Shown in pieces: positions 1 through 8,390 of a stretch of DNA of 64,000 bases. Under the pieces are notes generated by a model. The model was not told the origin of the DNA. It saw only the letters and a program-made list of their open reading frames with translations, and did no database searches. The DNA is from Nitrosopumilus sp. GTDB taxonomy: Archaea > Thermoproteota > Nitrososphaeria > Nitrososphaerales > Nitrosopumilaceae. The position numbers and the translations under genes were made by a program. The stretch covers positions 928,001 through 992,000 of the forward strand of contig CBDBLO010000002.1 of the NCBI GenBank assembly GCA_965207075.1, in the 5' to 3' direction. Within the stretch, counting starts at the first letter, position 1, and the number at the start of each line of letters is the position of its first letter.

Positions 1-1
1 C

Positions 2-949
2 GGAGTCCTCTATTATGGATCTCACGCTGTCGTTGATCTTTTCTGCGACTGCCTCCGAGTCTGCCTGGCCCTGGACCTCTGCAATTTTCTCTATCTTTTG
101 CTGCACGTCGTGCAGGCGCGACTCCAGGCTGCCTCTCTTGGACTCTGACCTGTCGCTTATCTCCTCCAGGCCCTCAAATAGCCCCTGCGTCTCCTTCTTG
201 AGGCTTGTTATCTGCCTTGACTGCTTTTGAATCTGCACGAGCACGGCCGCAAGCGACTCTGACATGCCGCTTATCGCCGGCATCCCGCCCTTGCTGCTGG
301 CAACTGCCTTTGAGAGTGACTGCATCTCGTCCCGCATTCCTGCTATGGACTCGGTAATGGACCTGATCCTTGAGAGCAGCAGGGTGGAGGATGCGGGGGT
401 TTTGGGAGCGGCGGCGTCGGTAGTGGCGGTTGTCGAAGCCGTCTTGGGCTTGGTTGCACTGGTACGGGGCTTTGCGGTGCCCTTTGCGCCCTTGGGTTTT
501 TCCTGCTGGCGGCTTGCGGTTTTGGGCTTTGCGGGCTTTTTTGCCGCCGATGGCGGTGTCGAAGGGGAAGAGGAGGAGGAGGAGGAGGAAGCGCGCCTGC
601 TTGCAGACGGCGTGCCCTTTGCGCCCGTCTTTTTTGCGGATCCGGCGCGCTTGGCCGCGGGCGCCTGTGCCCTTTTGGCCGCGACTCCCTTTGCGCCCTT
701 GGGTTTTTCCTGCTGGCGTCTTGCGGTTTTGGGCTTTGCGGGCTTTTTTGCCGCCGATGGCGGTGTCGAAGAGGAGGGGGAGGCGCGCCTGCTTGCAGAC
801 GGCGTGCCCTTTGCGCCCGTCTTTTTTGCGGATCCGGCGCGCTTGGCCGCGGGCGCCTGTGCCCTTTTGGCCCCGGCGCCTTTCCTTGCCGCGGATTTCT
901 TCCTTGATGACGGTGACGATTTCGTCGTTTTTCTTGACGATGTTGTCAT
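2..949 (-). CDS. Partial gene (runs off the window start): Lys/Ala/Ser-rich histone-H1-like N-terminus followed by a predicted coiled coil
   Basis: Not in the ORF track. ATG at 949 reads MTTSSRKTTKSSPSSRKKSAARKGAGAKRAQAPAAKR...LLLSRIRSITESIAGMRDEMQSLSKAV...LHDVQQKIEKIAEVQ, open to the window edge. TTTTTAAC TATA-like box lies 21-28 nt upstream (970-977). Confidence 0.75.
   Translation of the reverse strand, partial: MTTSSRKTTKSSPSSRKKSAARKGAGAKRAQAPAAKRAGSAKKTGAKGTPSASRRASPSSSTPPSAAKKPAKPKTARRQQEKPKGAKGVAAKRAQAPAAKRAGSAKKTGAKGTPSASRRASSSSSSSSPSTPPSAAKKPAKPKTASRQQEKPKGAKGTAKPRTSATKPKTASTTATTDAAAPKTPASSTLLLSRIRSITESIAGMRDEMQSLSKAVASSKGGMPAISGMSESLAAVLVQIQKQSRQITSLKKETQGLFEGLEEISDRSESKRGSLESRLHDVQQKIEKIAEVQGQADSEAVAEKINDSVRSIIEDS
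480..872. repeat. Tandem duplication of about 200 bp (480-680 and 687-872) inside the H1-like region
   Basis: Two near-identical copies that differ mainly by a 15-nt indel in a (GAG)n poly-Ser tract. Confidence 0.9.
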
Positions 950-982
950 GACGCTGTCTCGCCAACTGCGTTAAAAAGGATA

Positions 983-2095
983 ATGAAGCGCCCCGTCGCC
1001 GCAGTCAAAAAGCGTAAATTGGAACCGAGGAGCTCGGATGTGTTGGAGCACGTATCTCAACTGCCCTCGGCGCTGCCGCTGCTGGCACTAGCCGCCGCCG
1101 CAGTCATATCGCCACTGGCCGCGTCTGCGACGGTGCATTTTGCAATCCCGCCGCTGATCACCTACCTGAGGCGGACCGGTAGCACGGTGGTGGACGTGTT
1201 AAAACCGGACGGTGATATGGTACCGAGGCCGGCCGGCCCCGTCCTGACCGCCGGGTTCATGGTGGCCGGGGCCGTTGCATACGCTGTGTTCCAATCCGTT
1301 GAGATACTTGCCGTGATGCTTACTGCGCTCTCCTGCTTTGTGGTGGGATACGTTGATGACAAAAAGGTGATGGGCGGGTGGTTCAAGCCCGTCGCGCTCG
1401 CCGCGGCCGCCGCTCCGATCCTGCTGCTTGGGGCATACGACTCGAACCTCTCGTTTCCGCTCTTTGGCGACACCCGCATCCCGATCCTCTACCTGGCGCT
1501 GGCGCCCCTGATGATCTGTATTACCGGCAACACTGCCAACTCCATCGACGTCATGAACGGGCTGCTGAGCGGGTTCATGGCGATCACAGGCGCCGCACTG
1601 ACCGCAGCGCTTGTCATCCTGCAGAACTATGAGATGGCCGTAATCTCTCTGTCGCTTGTCGCGGTATCTGCCGCATACTACAGGTACCACAGGATCCCGT
1701 GCCGCATATTCCCCGGGGATTCGGGGGCATTGATGCTTGGCGGCGCATACGGGGCGATTGCCATATGCGGCGGGGTGGAGATCGTGGCCGCCGTCGCCAT
1801 GCTTCCTGCAATAATCAACTCGTTTCTGTTCCTTGCAAGCGTAAAGCGAATAGTGGAGCACAGGCAGGTGGCAAAAAAGTCGACCGTACTCACCGACGAC
1901 TTTCGCATAAAGTGCTCCGGCGCCAAGGATGCGTCGATAAGCCTGGTGGGGCTGATTGCGGGTCCCGTCCCGCACACCGAGGCTCAGGTGGTCTCGGCCG
2001 TATTCAAGCTCGCCGTTATATCAAGCGGGCTTGCGGTACTGACTGCGTTGATGATGACGTGGAGCATCGGCTCGGGATGGTGGCCGCAGGCTTGA
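983..2095 (+). CDS. MraY/GPT family polyprenyl-phosphate GlcNAc-1-phosphate transferase (AglH-like)
   Basis: Multi-TM protein with GYVDD, NSIDVMNGL and IFPGDSG motifs. True start may be GTG 1040. Confidence 0.9.
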   Translation: MKRPVAAVKKRKLEPRSSDVLEHVSQLPSALPLLALAAAAVISPLAASATVHFAIPPLITYLRRTGSTVVDVLKPDGDMVPRPAGPVLTAGFMVAGAVAYAVFQSVEILAVMLTALSCFVVGYVDDKKVMGGWFKPVALAAAAAPILLLGAYDSNLSFPLFGDTRIPILYLALAPLMICITGNTANSIDVMNGLLSGFMAITGAALTAALVILQNYEMAVISLSLVAVSAAYYRYHRIPCRIFPGDSGALMLGGAYGAIAICGGVEIVAAVAMLPAIINSFLFLASVKRIVEHRQVAKKSTVLTDDFRIKCSGAKDASISLVGLIAGPVPHTEAQVVSAVFKLAVISSGLAVLTALMMTWSIGSGWWPQA

Positions 2096-2246
2096 CCGGG
2101 AACGACGCGTACGGCCGCGCCCGTTATGGCATGTGTGGCCGTGGGCGCCGCCGCGACGGCCCCTGCCGCCGCGCGTACCAGGACCGCGCCCGCGCGGACG
2201 CGTCCGTTCCTGCCTGTCACGTGACGTACGGCCGGTGTTGCTGCTG

Positions 2247-2480
2247 ATGGCCAATCTCGGGCCGCTCGTCGTGTTCATTCTGGTGATGTGGGCGCTCATG
2301 ATTGTCGGCGGCGGGATACTGGTCCTGCTGGTCGCCCCGCTCGAGCTGGACTGCTGCGGTGATCAGGGGCCGCTCGCATCCTCTGCAGCCAAGGCGGGCA
2401 TAACGCTGGGGCTCGTAGTGCTGTGGATACTGATACTGTCGTGGATGAAAAAGGCCATGCTGCACGGCATGATGCGGTGA
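2247..2480 (+). CDS. Small two-TM membrane protein
   Basis: MANLGPLVVFILVMWALMIVGGGILVLLV...GITLGLVVLWILILSWMKK; two hydrophobic helices. Start trimmed from the ORF-track 2133. Confidence 0.7.
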   Translation: MANLGPLVVFILVMWALMIVGGGILVLLVAPLELDCCGDQGPLASSAAKAGITLGLVVLWILILSWMKKAMLHGMMR

Positions 2481-2519
2481 TGAGGCCCCCCTGCAATATC
2501 GCAACTGCGACGGCTTCTG
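2476..2519 (+). promoter_or_regulatory. Fluoride (crcB) riboswitch-like motif, possibly degenerate
   Basis: GGTGATGAGGCCCCCC...GACGGCTTCTG. GAGGC/GCTTC pseudoknot pairing and the GATG and GAYG elements match the crcB fold, but there is one P1 mismatch and no U before GACG. Confidence 0.35.
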
Positions 2520-2531
2520 GGAAGCTACGGC

Positions 2532-2590
2532 AGTCAGATACCCCAGGTCTGTCTCTACACGTACGTTCAGCCGACCTGATCATCATCCCG
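2532..2590 (-). ncRNA. Box C/D guide sRNA
   Basis: Minus strand: C box ATGATGA (2586-2580), D' CTGA (2570-2567), C' GTGTAGA (2560-2554), D CTGA (2537-2534). TTTATG TATA-like element about 27-30 nt upstream (2616-2621). Confidence 0.7.
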
Positions 2591-2710
2591 CTCTGTGGCC
2601 GGTGCGCCTGCCGCGCATAAAGAGCTTGGCCCCCGCGGTTAGTTCCGGGCTGAAAAAATCCCGGTTTCCGTTTGGGATCATTTTTAAGAATGCGTGGCAC
2701 GCTTCTGTAC

Positions 2711-4255
2711 ATGCTGGGCTTCCCACTCTTCAACGGCGCCGGCGAGGGTGGCGAAGACCGTGTCTCGGGCTTTCTGAGCGCCACAGTCGACCAGCTCACG
2801 CCGGACCTTACACACGTCAACTTTGTGACCGACCTTGCCATCATAATGATCATCGGCGCCGTAGTCACCCTCGCATTCTTCAAGATACGGCAGCCACTAA
2901 TCATCGGATACCTGTTCGCCGGCATGCTGATAGGGCCCCTCTCCCCGTTCTGGTCCTGGCTGCTGCCGGATCTCGCCGCCTCGGGCCAGGACGGGCACGG
3001 TGAGGGCACCATCGAGATTGTCGGACTGGTCGCAGACATTACAGCGCTGAACCTCTTTGCCGAGATTGGCGTGATTCTGCTGCTGTTTGTAATAGGCATA
3101 GAGTTTCCCTACGCAAAGATCAAGAGCATGGGGCGCTCTGCAGTCGGGATAGGCTCGCTGGGACTGCTATCCACGATGGGAGTCGTATTCTACGTGGCGA
3201 CGGCGCTCGGAATGGTATTCATGGACGCCCTCTTTCTGGCGGCCGCGCTCTCCATATCGAGCACCGCCATCATCGTCAAGATATTCGAGGAGATGGGGCG
3301 CATCAAGGAGGAGTCGTCCGTGCTGGTCCTGGGCATACTGATAGTGGAGGACGTGATTGCAGTCATTCTGATATCGTCGCTGCAGTCCGTGGCGCTCGTG
3401 GGCTCCGTATCCATCGAGTCCATCGTGGTGGTGGTGATGGTGGCCACCGGCATGATTGCCGGGACGCTGCTCATAGGGACGAGGATAATCCCGCACCTGA
3501 TCGACCGCGTTGCGGCCATGGAGCACAGGGAGATACTGCTGCTGAGCCTGCTTGGAATCTGCTTTGGTTATGCACTCTTTGCAAACCTCATGGGGCTCTC
3601 CGTCGCGATAGGGGCGTTTCTTGCCGGCGTGCTGGTGGCCGAGTCCAAGTCTGCCGAGGTTGCGCGCGTGCTGTCCAACCCCATAAAGGACATGTTTGTC
3701 GCGATATTCTTCATATCCGTCGGGGCGCTGATGGACGTGTCGCAGCTCAACGACTACATATTTCTGGCAGTGGCCCTGATACTTGCCTCGATGGGGATGA
3801 AGTTCGGGGCGAATATGGCCGGCAACATGCTGTTCCGCATGAAGCGCAAAAAGGCCCTCCGCTCCGCGTTCGTCCTTGCGTCACCGAGGGGGGAGTTTTC
3901 CATCGTTATAGTAAAGGTGGGCGTGGACATCGGGGCGGTCAGCGCGTTCGTATTTCCCCTTATCGGACTGATATCCATAATCACGTCGTTTCTGGCCCCC
4001 TTTATCGTAAAGGTGGGGGACAAGGTGATATCGATGACGGGTGGAGACGAGGACGACCGCGACCTGGACTTCGACGACGACGACGACGATGCGGAGCTTG
4101 TCGACGCCAAGTCCTCTGCCGGGGCGCCTCCGGCACTGGACAGTGAGGCCGCCGCCGACGGTGAGAAAGGTGACGACGGTAGTGGCAGTGACGGCAACCC
4201 GGATCACGGGTCTGATGAGGCCGGCGCTGCGCAGGATCCAAGGGGACGTTCTTGA
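2711..4255 (+). CDS. CPA2 family cation:proton antiporter (Kef-like) with acidic C-terminal tail
   Basis: About 12 TM helices; LSISSTAI, ILIVEDV and PRGEFS motifs. TTTTTAAG TATA at 2681-2688 favours ATG 2711. Confidence 0.9.
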   Translation: MLGFPLFNGAGEGGEDRVSGFLSATVDQLTPDLTHVNFVTDLAIIMIIGAVVTLAFFKIRQPLIIGYLFAGMLIGPLSPFWSWLLPDLAASGQDGHGEGTIEIVGLVADITALNLFAEIGVILLLFVIGIEFPYAKIKSMGRSAVGIGSLGLLSTMGVVFYVATALGMVFMDALFLAAALSISSTAIIVKIFEEMGRIKEESSVLVLGILIVEDVIAVILISSLQSVALVGSVSIESIVVVVMVATGMIAGTLLIGTRIIPHLIDRVAAMEHREILLLSLLGICFGYALFANLMGLSVAIGAFLAGVLVAESKSAEVARVLSNPIKDMFVAIFFISVGALMDVSQLNDYIFLAVALILASMGMKFGANMAGNMLFRMKRKKALRSAFVLASPRGEFSIVIVKVGVDIGAVSAFVFPLIGLISIITSFLAPFIVKVGDKVISMTGGDEDDRDLDFDDDDDDAELVDAKSSAGAPPALDSEAAADGEKGDDGSGSDGNPDHGSDEAGAAQDPRGRS

Positions 4256-4301
4256 CGAGGCCGGTGAGGACGTGTGCCGCCTTGACGCCGCAGGTGCCGC
4301 A

Positions 4302-4910
4302 ATGACCGGATCCGGACCTGGCCGCGACGTGGATGGCTGTGAGGACATACCTGAGGACATACCTGAGGACATACCTGAGGACATACCTGAGGACATACCT
4401 GACGACATGCCTGACGACATACCTGACGACATACCTGACGACATACCTGACGACTGGCTTCCATTCATGCATGACGACGGGGCCGTACTGACTGACTATG
4501 AGGGGCGTTCCGTCCCGTGCATAGCACTTGACGACTCCGGGCGGTACGGCCGAATCGCGCACGCCATCCGCGGCCGCCCGGTCTCAGTGGATGTCAACCT
4601 CAACATCTTCGATGACATGGCCGGACGCGTCTTTGTAGAGGTTATGCTGGACGTTCCCCGCGGTGCGGGAGTTGGCCGCGAGCGCTTTATCATCAACGCT
4701 CGGCGGCATATCTCGTTCTTCGAGGCGCTGGCAGAGACCTGCATGCTCGCCGTCGGCATGTCAGAGCATGCGGACGCGTCCGCCACCAACGGGACGATCG
4801 TCCTCATACAACTGCCGCGCCCTGAGAGGGCCGCGCACGCGCTGAATCTGATACGACAAGGACTTGGGAGGGGTGGAAGAGGAGGAGCAGCAACAGGGAT
4901 GCGTGAGTAG
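4302..4910 (+). CDS. Hypothetical protein with N-terminal (E/D)DIP tetrapeptide repeats
   Basis: Globular-looking C-terminal part (RPVSVDVNLNIF...IVLIQLPRPER). Start uncertain because the ORF-track start overlaps the antiporter. Confidence 0.7.
   Translation: MTGSGPGRDVDGCEDIPEDIPEDIPEDIPEDIPDDMPDDIPDDIPDDIPDDWLPFMHDDGAVLTDYEGRSVPCIALDDSGRYGRIAHAIRGRPVSVDVNLNIFDDMAGRVFVEVMLDVPRGAGVGRERFIINARRHISFFEALAETCMLAVGMSEHADASATNGTIVLIQLPRPERAAHALNLIRQGLGRGGRGGAATGMRE
4341..4448 (+). repeat. 12-bp coding minisatellite, 9 copies
   Basis: GAGGACATACCT x5, then GACGACAT(A/G)CCT x4. Confidence 0.95.
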
Positions 4911-4930
4911 GCCGGGAGTGTCAGAATGAG

Positions 4931-5007
4931 TGGTGCAGTTACCGGGATTCGAACCCGGGTCGCGAACTTGGCAAGCTCGTATACTAACCAAACTATACTA
5001 CAACTGC
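4931..5007 (-). tRNA. tRNA-Gly(GCC), CCA encoded
   Basis: GCAGTTG acceptor stem, anticodon loop TT-GCC-AA, GGTTCGAATCC T arm, ends ACCA. BRE/TATA (GAAAGAATTTAATA) upstream at about 5034-5047. Confidence 0.97.
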
Positions 5008-5325
5008 AACATTTGGAACCTGACTCAGATCTCTATTAAATTCTTTCAAGATGATGTGGGCACAGCACGCCTGCCAGTCTCCATACGGGCACGATCTGGA
5101 TCGGACGTGCCGTGCAGGTCGTCCGTTTTTGCAATGACGCCCCGAGATGGCTGCGGAAGGGGTGTGGGGGGGGGGGAAGGAGGAGGAAGCTCCGGACGCA
5201 GAAGAGTCCGGTGACCGGCGCGTCGGCGTGTGGTGGATGGGACGTATTATGCCTAGAATGCCGCCGCCCCTTCCAAATACTTATCAATAACCATATAGCC
5301 ATATACGTCTGTGAAGGGGTCCGGT

Positions 5326-6132
5326 ATGTCCACGAATGCGGCCAACTATGTGCTCAAAACCGTCCCCATTGACTCGATTGCGATATGGTCCGACGCCCAG
5401 GCTAGGGATCTTGATACGGACGAGATCGATTCGCTGGCCAAATCCATAAAGTCGGAGGGACTGCAGCACCCGCTTACGGTCATGCGCGAGGGCCGCACGT
5501 ACAAGCTGCTGGCCGGACAGCGCCGACTCGAGGCGCTCAGGCGGCTTGGGCATGATACTGTGCCCGTGCTGCTGCTTGATCCTGATCGGTTCTCTGACGT
5601 CTCTGACGCAAAGGCCGTCTCTGTGATAGAGAACCTACACCGCAAAAACATGTCTGCAAAGGACATGGCCGCCTCCTGCAGGTTCTTGGTAAACAGCATG
5701 GGCAAGGCCAATGCGGCCAGGGCGCTTGGAATAACACGTGACACGCTGCGCGGACACCTCGGGTTCGACGGGGTGCCCGACTCTGTAAAGGCACTGGTCC
5801 CGTCGCACGTGTCCCGGCGCGATGCCGTCCGCATATGCAAGGCGGTGCCGAATCAGGAAATGGCCGTGGAGGTCGTCAAGAAGGTCTCCAAATATGACGC
5901 GGCCCGGCGGGCTCGGTATATAGAGGCTCTTGAAAAACTGGGAGGCTCCGCAGGCCCCTCAGAGGTGTCAAAACTTGCAAACTCTTTTCGCGCGAGGAGA
6001 AACCTGTCTGTCCGCGTCTCGCAGTCTCAGGCAAAGGGGCTGGCGCGGCTCTCCCGGGAGGCCGACATGGAGCCTGCCGAGCTCGCCAAGAAGATAGTGT
6101 CCGACTATCTTGCAAGGCGCGGCATACGGTGA
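5326..6132 (+). CDS. ParB/Srx-family protein (CTPase fold + HTH + probable C-terminal ribbon-helix-helix)
   Basis: LAKSIKSEGLQHPL, AGQRRLEA (ParB arginine patch), ENLHRKNM, HTH-like AARALGITRDTL, C-terminal NLSVRVSQSQAKGLARLS...AELAKKIVSDYL. Confidence 0.85.
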   Translation: MSTNAANYVLKTVPIDSIAIWSDAQARDLDTDEIDSLAKSIKSEGLQHPLTVMREGRTYKLLAGQRRLEALRRLGHDTVPVLLLDPDRFSDVSDAKAVSVIENLHRKNMSAKDMAASCRFLVNSMGKANAARALGITRDTLRGHLGFDGVPDSVKALVPSHVSRRDAVRICKAVPNQEMAVEVVKKVSKYDAARRARYIEALEKLGGSAGPSEVSKLANSFRARRNLSVRVSQSQAKGLARLSREADMEPAELAKKIVSDYLARRGIR

Positions 6133-6196
6133 CTGCCGTCTGAACTGACACTGTATGCGCGGCCACCTGCTGGCAACTCGCGCCGACGCCCTGCCG

Positions 6197-8287
6197 CTAG
6201 ACTCCGCCTTCCCGCGCGTCCTGGGCCTTCAGGTTCTCTCTCTTTTTCTTTAGCGCGACAAATATTACGATTATCGCGCTGATCCACACCACCGAGAGTA
6301 GGATGTTTGCAATGCTGATGTACATGAACGGCGTGGCCTCGGTGAGGTGCACCTTCAGCGCTAGGCTTGACTCGTTTATGTTGAGCATTCCTGTGTGGAA
6401 CGCGGCGCTGTCCCTTGGCGACGTGGCTACCTTGTCCACCCTCTCTATCAGGGCGCCGATGTCGGCGTCCATCCTCACAAAGTTGGTGGTCTCGATGTCA
6501 AACAGCCACACGGGATTCTTTGACGTCAGCACGCCGTTGGCGTCCCTCTTTTCTGGGATGAGCCCGTTTGCAAGGACCAACTGCATGTCCGCCTTTGCCT
6601 CCTGCAGGTGGGCCTTTACGGTGGCGGGATCCGACGACGCGATGGCCCCGTCAAGGTTTCCCCTCATGCGGTCGATTGGGTAGATGTCGTTGCTGTACCC
6701 CTGGTATGCCATAAAGCCGCCTATGACGATTATCGAGATTATGCCCCCTATTGCAAGCTTGTATATCCTGTCGGCCATCCTTTCCCTTCTCGTGCGTATG
6801 CGGGCCGCCGCTGATTTATTTCTTTTAAACCTGGTGTGCGCTATGCTCATGTACGCTATGTAAAAGAATCCAATCGTCTGCAGGCCTATGATCGGGGCAA
6901 ACACGGCGTTGCCCGACGTGATGGCCACAAACACGCCCACCGTACCGTACACCCCGAAGAATATCTCCAGCAGCGTAACCTGTGAGAACGGCAGGTTGTA
7001 CGCATTGTCCTTCCAGTCGTCCTTGTCCCTGAGCATGCCGTACTTGGGAGTGCGCAGAAACTCGTTCTTCTTTCCCAGCACGGCGTCGAACACGGCCACC
7101 GTGTTGTTTACTGATATGCCCGCGGTGTATATCAGCAGGAACGGCATGGTGGCGGCCCTTGAGAGCCACGACGGCCCGTCGTACATGCCGCGTATTATCA
7201 TGAGGTATGCGCCGGGACCCATGGCCAGGTACAGCGCGATCGTGAGGGCCGGCACCAGGCTCATGATGTAGACGTCGACGTGGCTTGCCAGCAGTATGGG
7301 CAGCGCCAGGAACTGTACGAGCATGAGCGGGAATACGACGTGGCGCGTCAGCTGCACGAACGCCTGTATCTTGGTCTCGGCTGCCACCAGCCTGCTTGCC
7401 ACTATATCCGACAGGAGCTTTACGGCGCACTGTATGGAGCCCTTTGCCCACCGGTACTGCTGGCGCTTTGCGGCGTTCATCTGCATGGGGAGCTCCGCGT
7501 CCACCACTATGTGGGGCAGGAAGACGCACCTCCAGTTCTTCATCTGGGCCCTGTAACTTAGGTCAAGATCCTCGACCAGCGTGGCCGTGTGCCACCCACC
7601 GGAGTCCTCTATGCACTCGCGCCTCCAGATCCCGGCCGTGCCGTTAAAGTTCATGAACAGCTTCGAGTTGCTCTTTGCCTTTTGCTCTATCAGGAAGTGA
7701 AAGTCGAGGCTGAGTGCCTGCGCCCTTGTTATGGCCGAATAGTTCTCGTTTGCGTGGCCCCACCTGCACTGGACCAGCCCTATGTCAGACTTTGCAAAGT
7801 GCGGTATGGCGCGCCTCAGGAACCACTCGGGCGGCATAAAGTCCGCGTCAAATATGGCCACCAGCTCCGTGTCGGTGCTCTTCATCGCGTGCTTGAGGGC
7901 CCCGGCCTTGTATCCGGCGCGCGTGCCGCGCCTTATGTGCTCTATCTTGAACCCCTCCTTGCTGTAGTGGGACACGACGTCCCGCATTATGCCGACCGTG
8001 TCGTCATCCGAGTCGTCAAGCACCATTATGCGCATCTTGCTTCGCGGATAGTCGAGCGCGCACACCGCGTCGACCAGGCGCCTTGCCACGTACTTCTCGT
8101 TGTATATGGGAAGCTGTATGGTTATGGACGGCTCGCCGGCATCCTGTACGGTGGCGGGCCTGTCCTTGCGCCTCCTTGAGAGGTATGCAAGGTAGTAAAA
8201 GTTGCAGGTGTACGCGGTTATCAGGACGGATGCTATGATGAATATGTCAAACACTATTTTTGCAAGGGGAACCATGGAAAGTTCCAT
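6197..8287 (-). CDS. GT2 cellulose-synthase-like processive glycosyltransferase with extra C-terminal membrane-bounded domain
   Basis: QLPIYNE, LDDS, KAGAL, FDADF, EDLD and QQYRW motifs plus TM helices. Start trimmed to MELSMVPL. Confidence 0.92.
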   Translation of the reverse strand: MELSMVPLAKIVFDIFIIASVLITAYTCNFYYLAYLSRRRKDRPATVQDAGEPSITIQLPIYNEKYVARRLVDAVCALDYPRSKMRIMVLDDSDDDTVGIMRDVVSHYSKEGFKIEHIRRGTRAGYKAGALKHAMKSTDTELVAIFDADFMPPEWFLRRAIPHFAKSDIGLVQCRWGHANENYSAITRAQALSLDFHFLIEQKAKSNSKLFMNFNGTAGIWRRECIEDSGGWHTATLVEDLDLSYRAQMKNWRCVFLPHIVVDAELPMQMNAAKRQQYRWAKGSIQCAVKLLSDIVASRLVAAETKIQAFVQLTRHVVFPLMLVQFLALPILLASHVDVYIMSLVPALTIALYLAMGPGAYLMIIRGMYDGPSWLSRAATMPFLLIYTAGISVNNTVAVFDAVLGKKNEFLRTPKYGMLRDKDDWKDNAYNLPFSQVTLLEIFFGVYGTVGVFVAITSGNAVFAPIIGLQTIGFFYIAYMSIAHTRFKRNKSAAARIRTRRERMADRIYKLAIGGIISIIVIGGFMAYQGYSNDIYPIDRMRGNLDGAIASSDPATVKAHLQEAKADMQLVLANGLIPEKRDANGVLTSKNPVWLFDIETTNFVRMDADIGALIERVDKVATSPRDSAAFHTGMLNINESSLALKVHLTEATPFMYISIANILLSVVWISAIIVIFVALKKKRENLKAQDAREGGV

Positions 8288-8390
8288 GGTGTGTGGGGCT
8301 GTCCTTGGGTATTTATGTCTGCAAGCGTTTTTTGCAGTCTTGCTGCAGCGGCATGCGCCGGGGCGTGCCGGCCTCCTTGGGCTGCAGCCC

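Noticed and set aside
174-974. ORF-track proteins 174..965(-), 264..974(+) and 430..951(+)
   Set aside because: Shadow frames of the minus-strand gene starting at 949. High GC leaves many spurious ORFs open throughout the window, and these were ignored.
2477-2540. Plus-strand C/D sRNA starting at GTGATGA
   Set aside because: No CTGA D box at a suitable distance on that strand.
4931-6132. Integrated element at tRNA-Gly
   Set aside because: No integrase, no duplicated tRNA 3' end seen, and the ParB gene lies on the 5' side of the tRNA.
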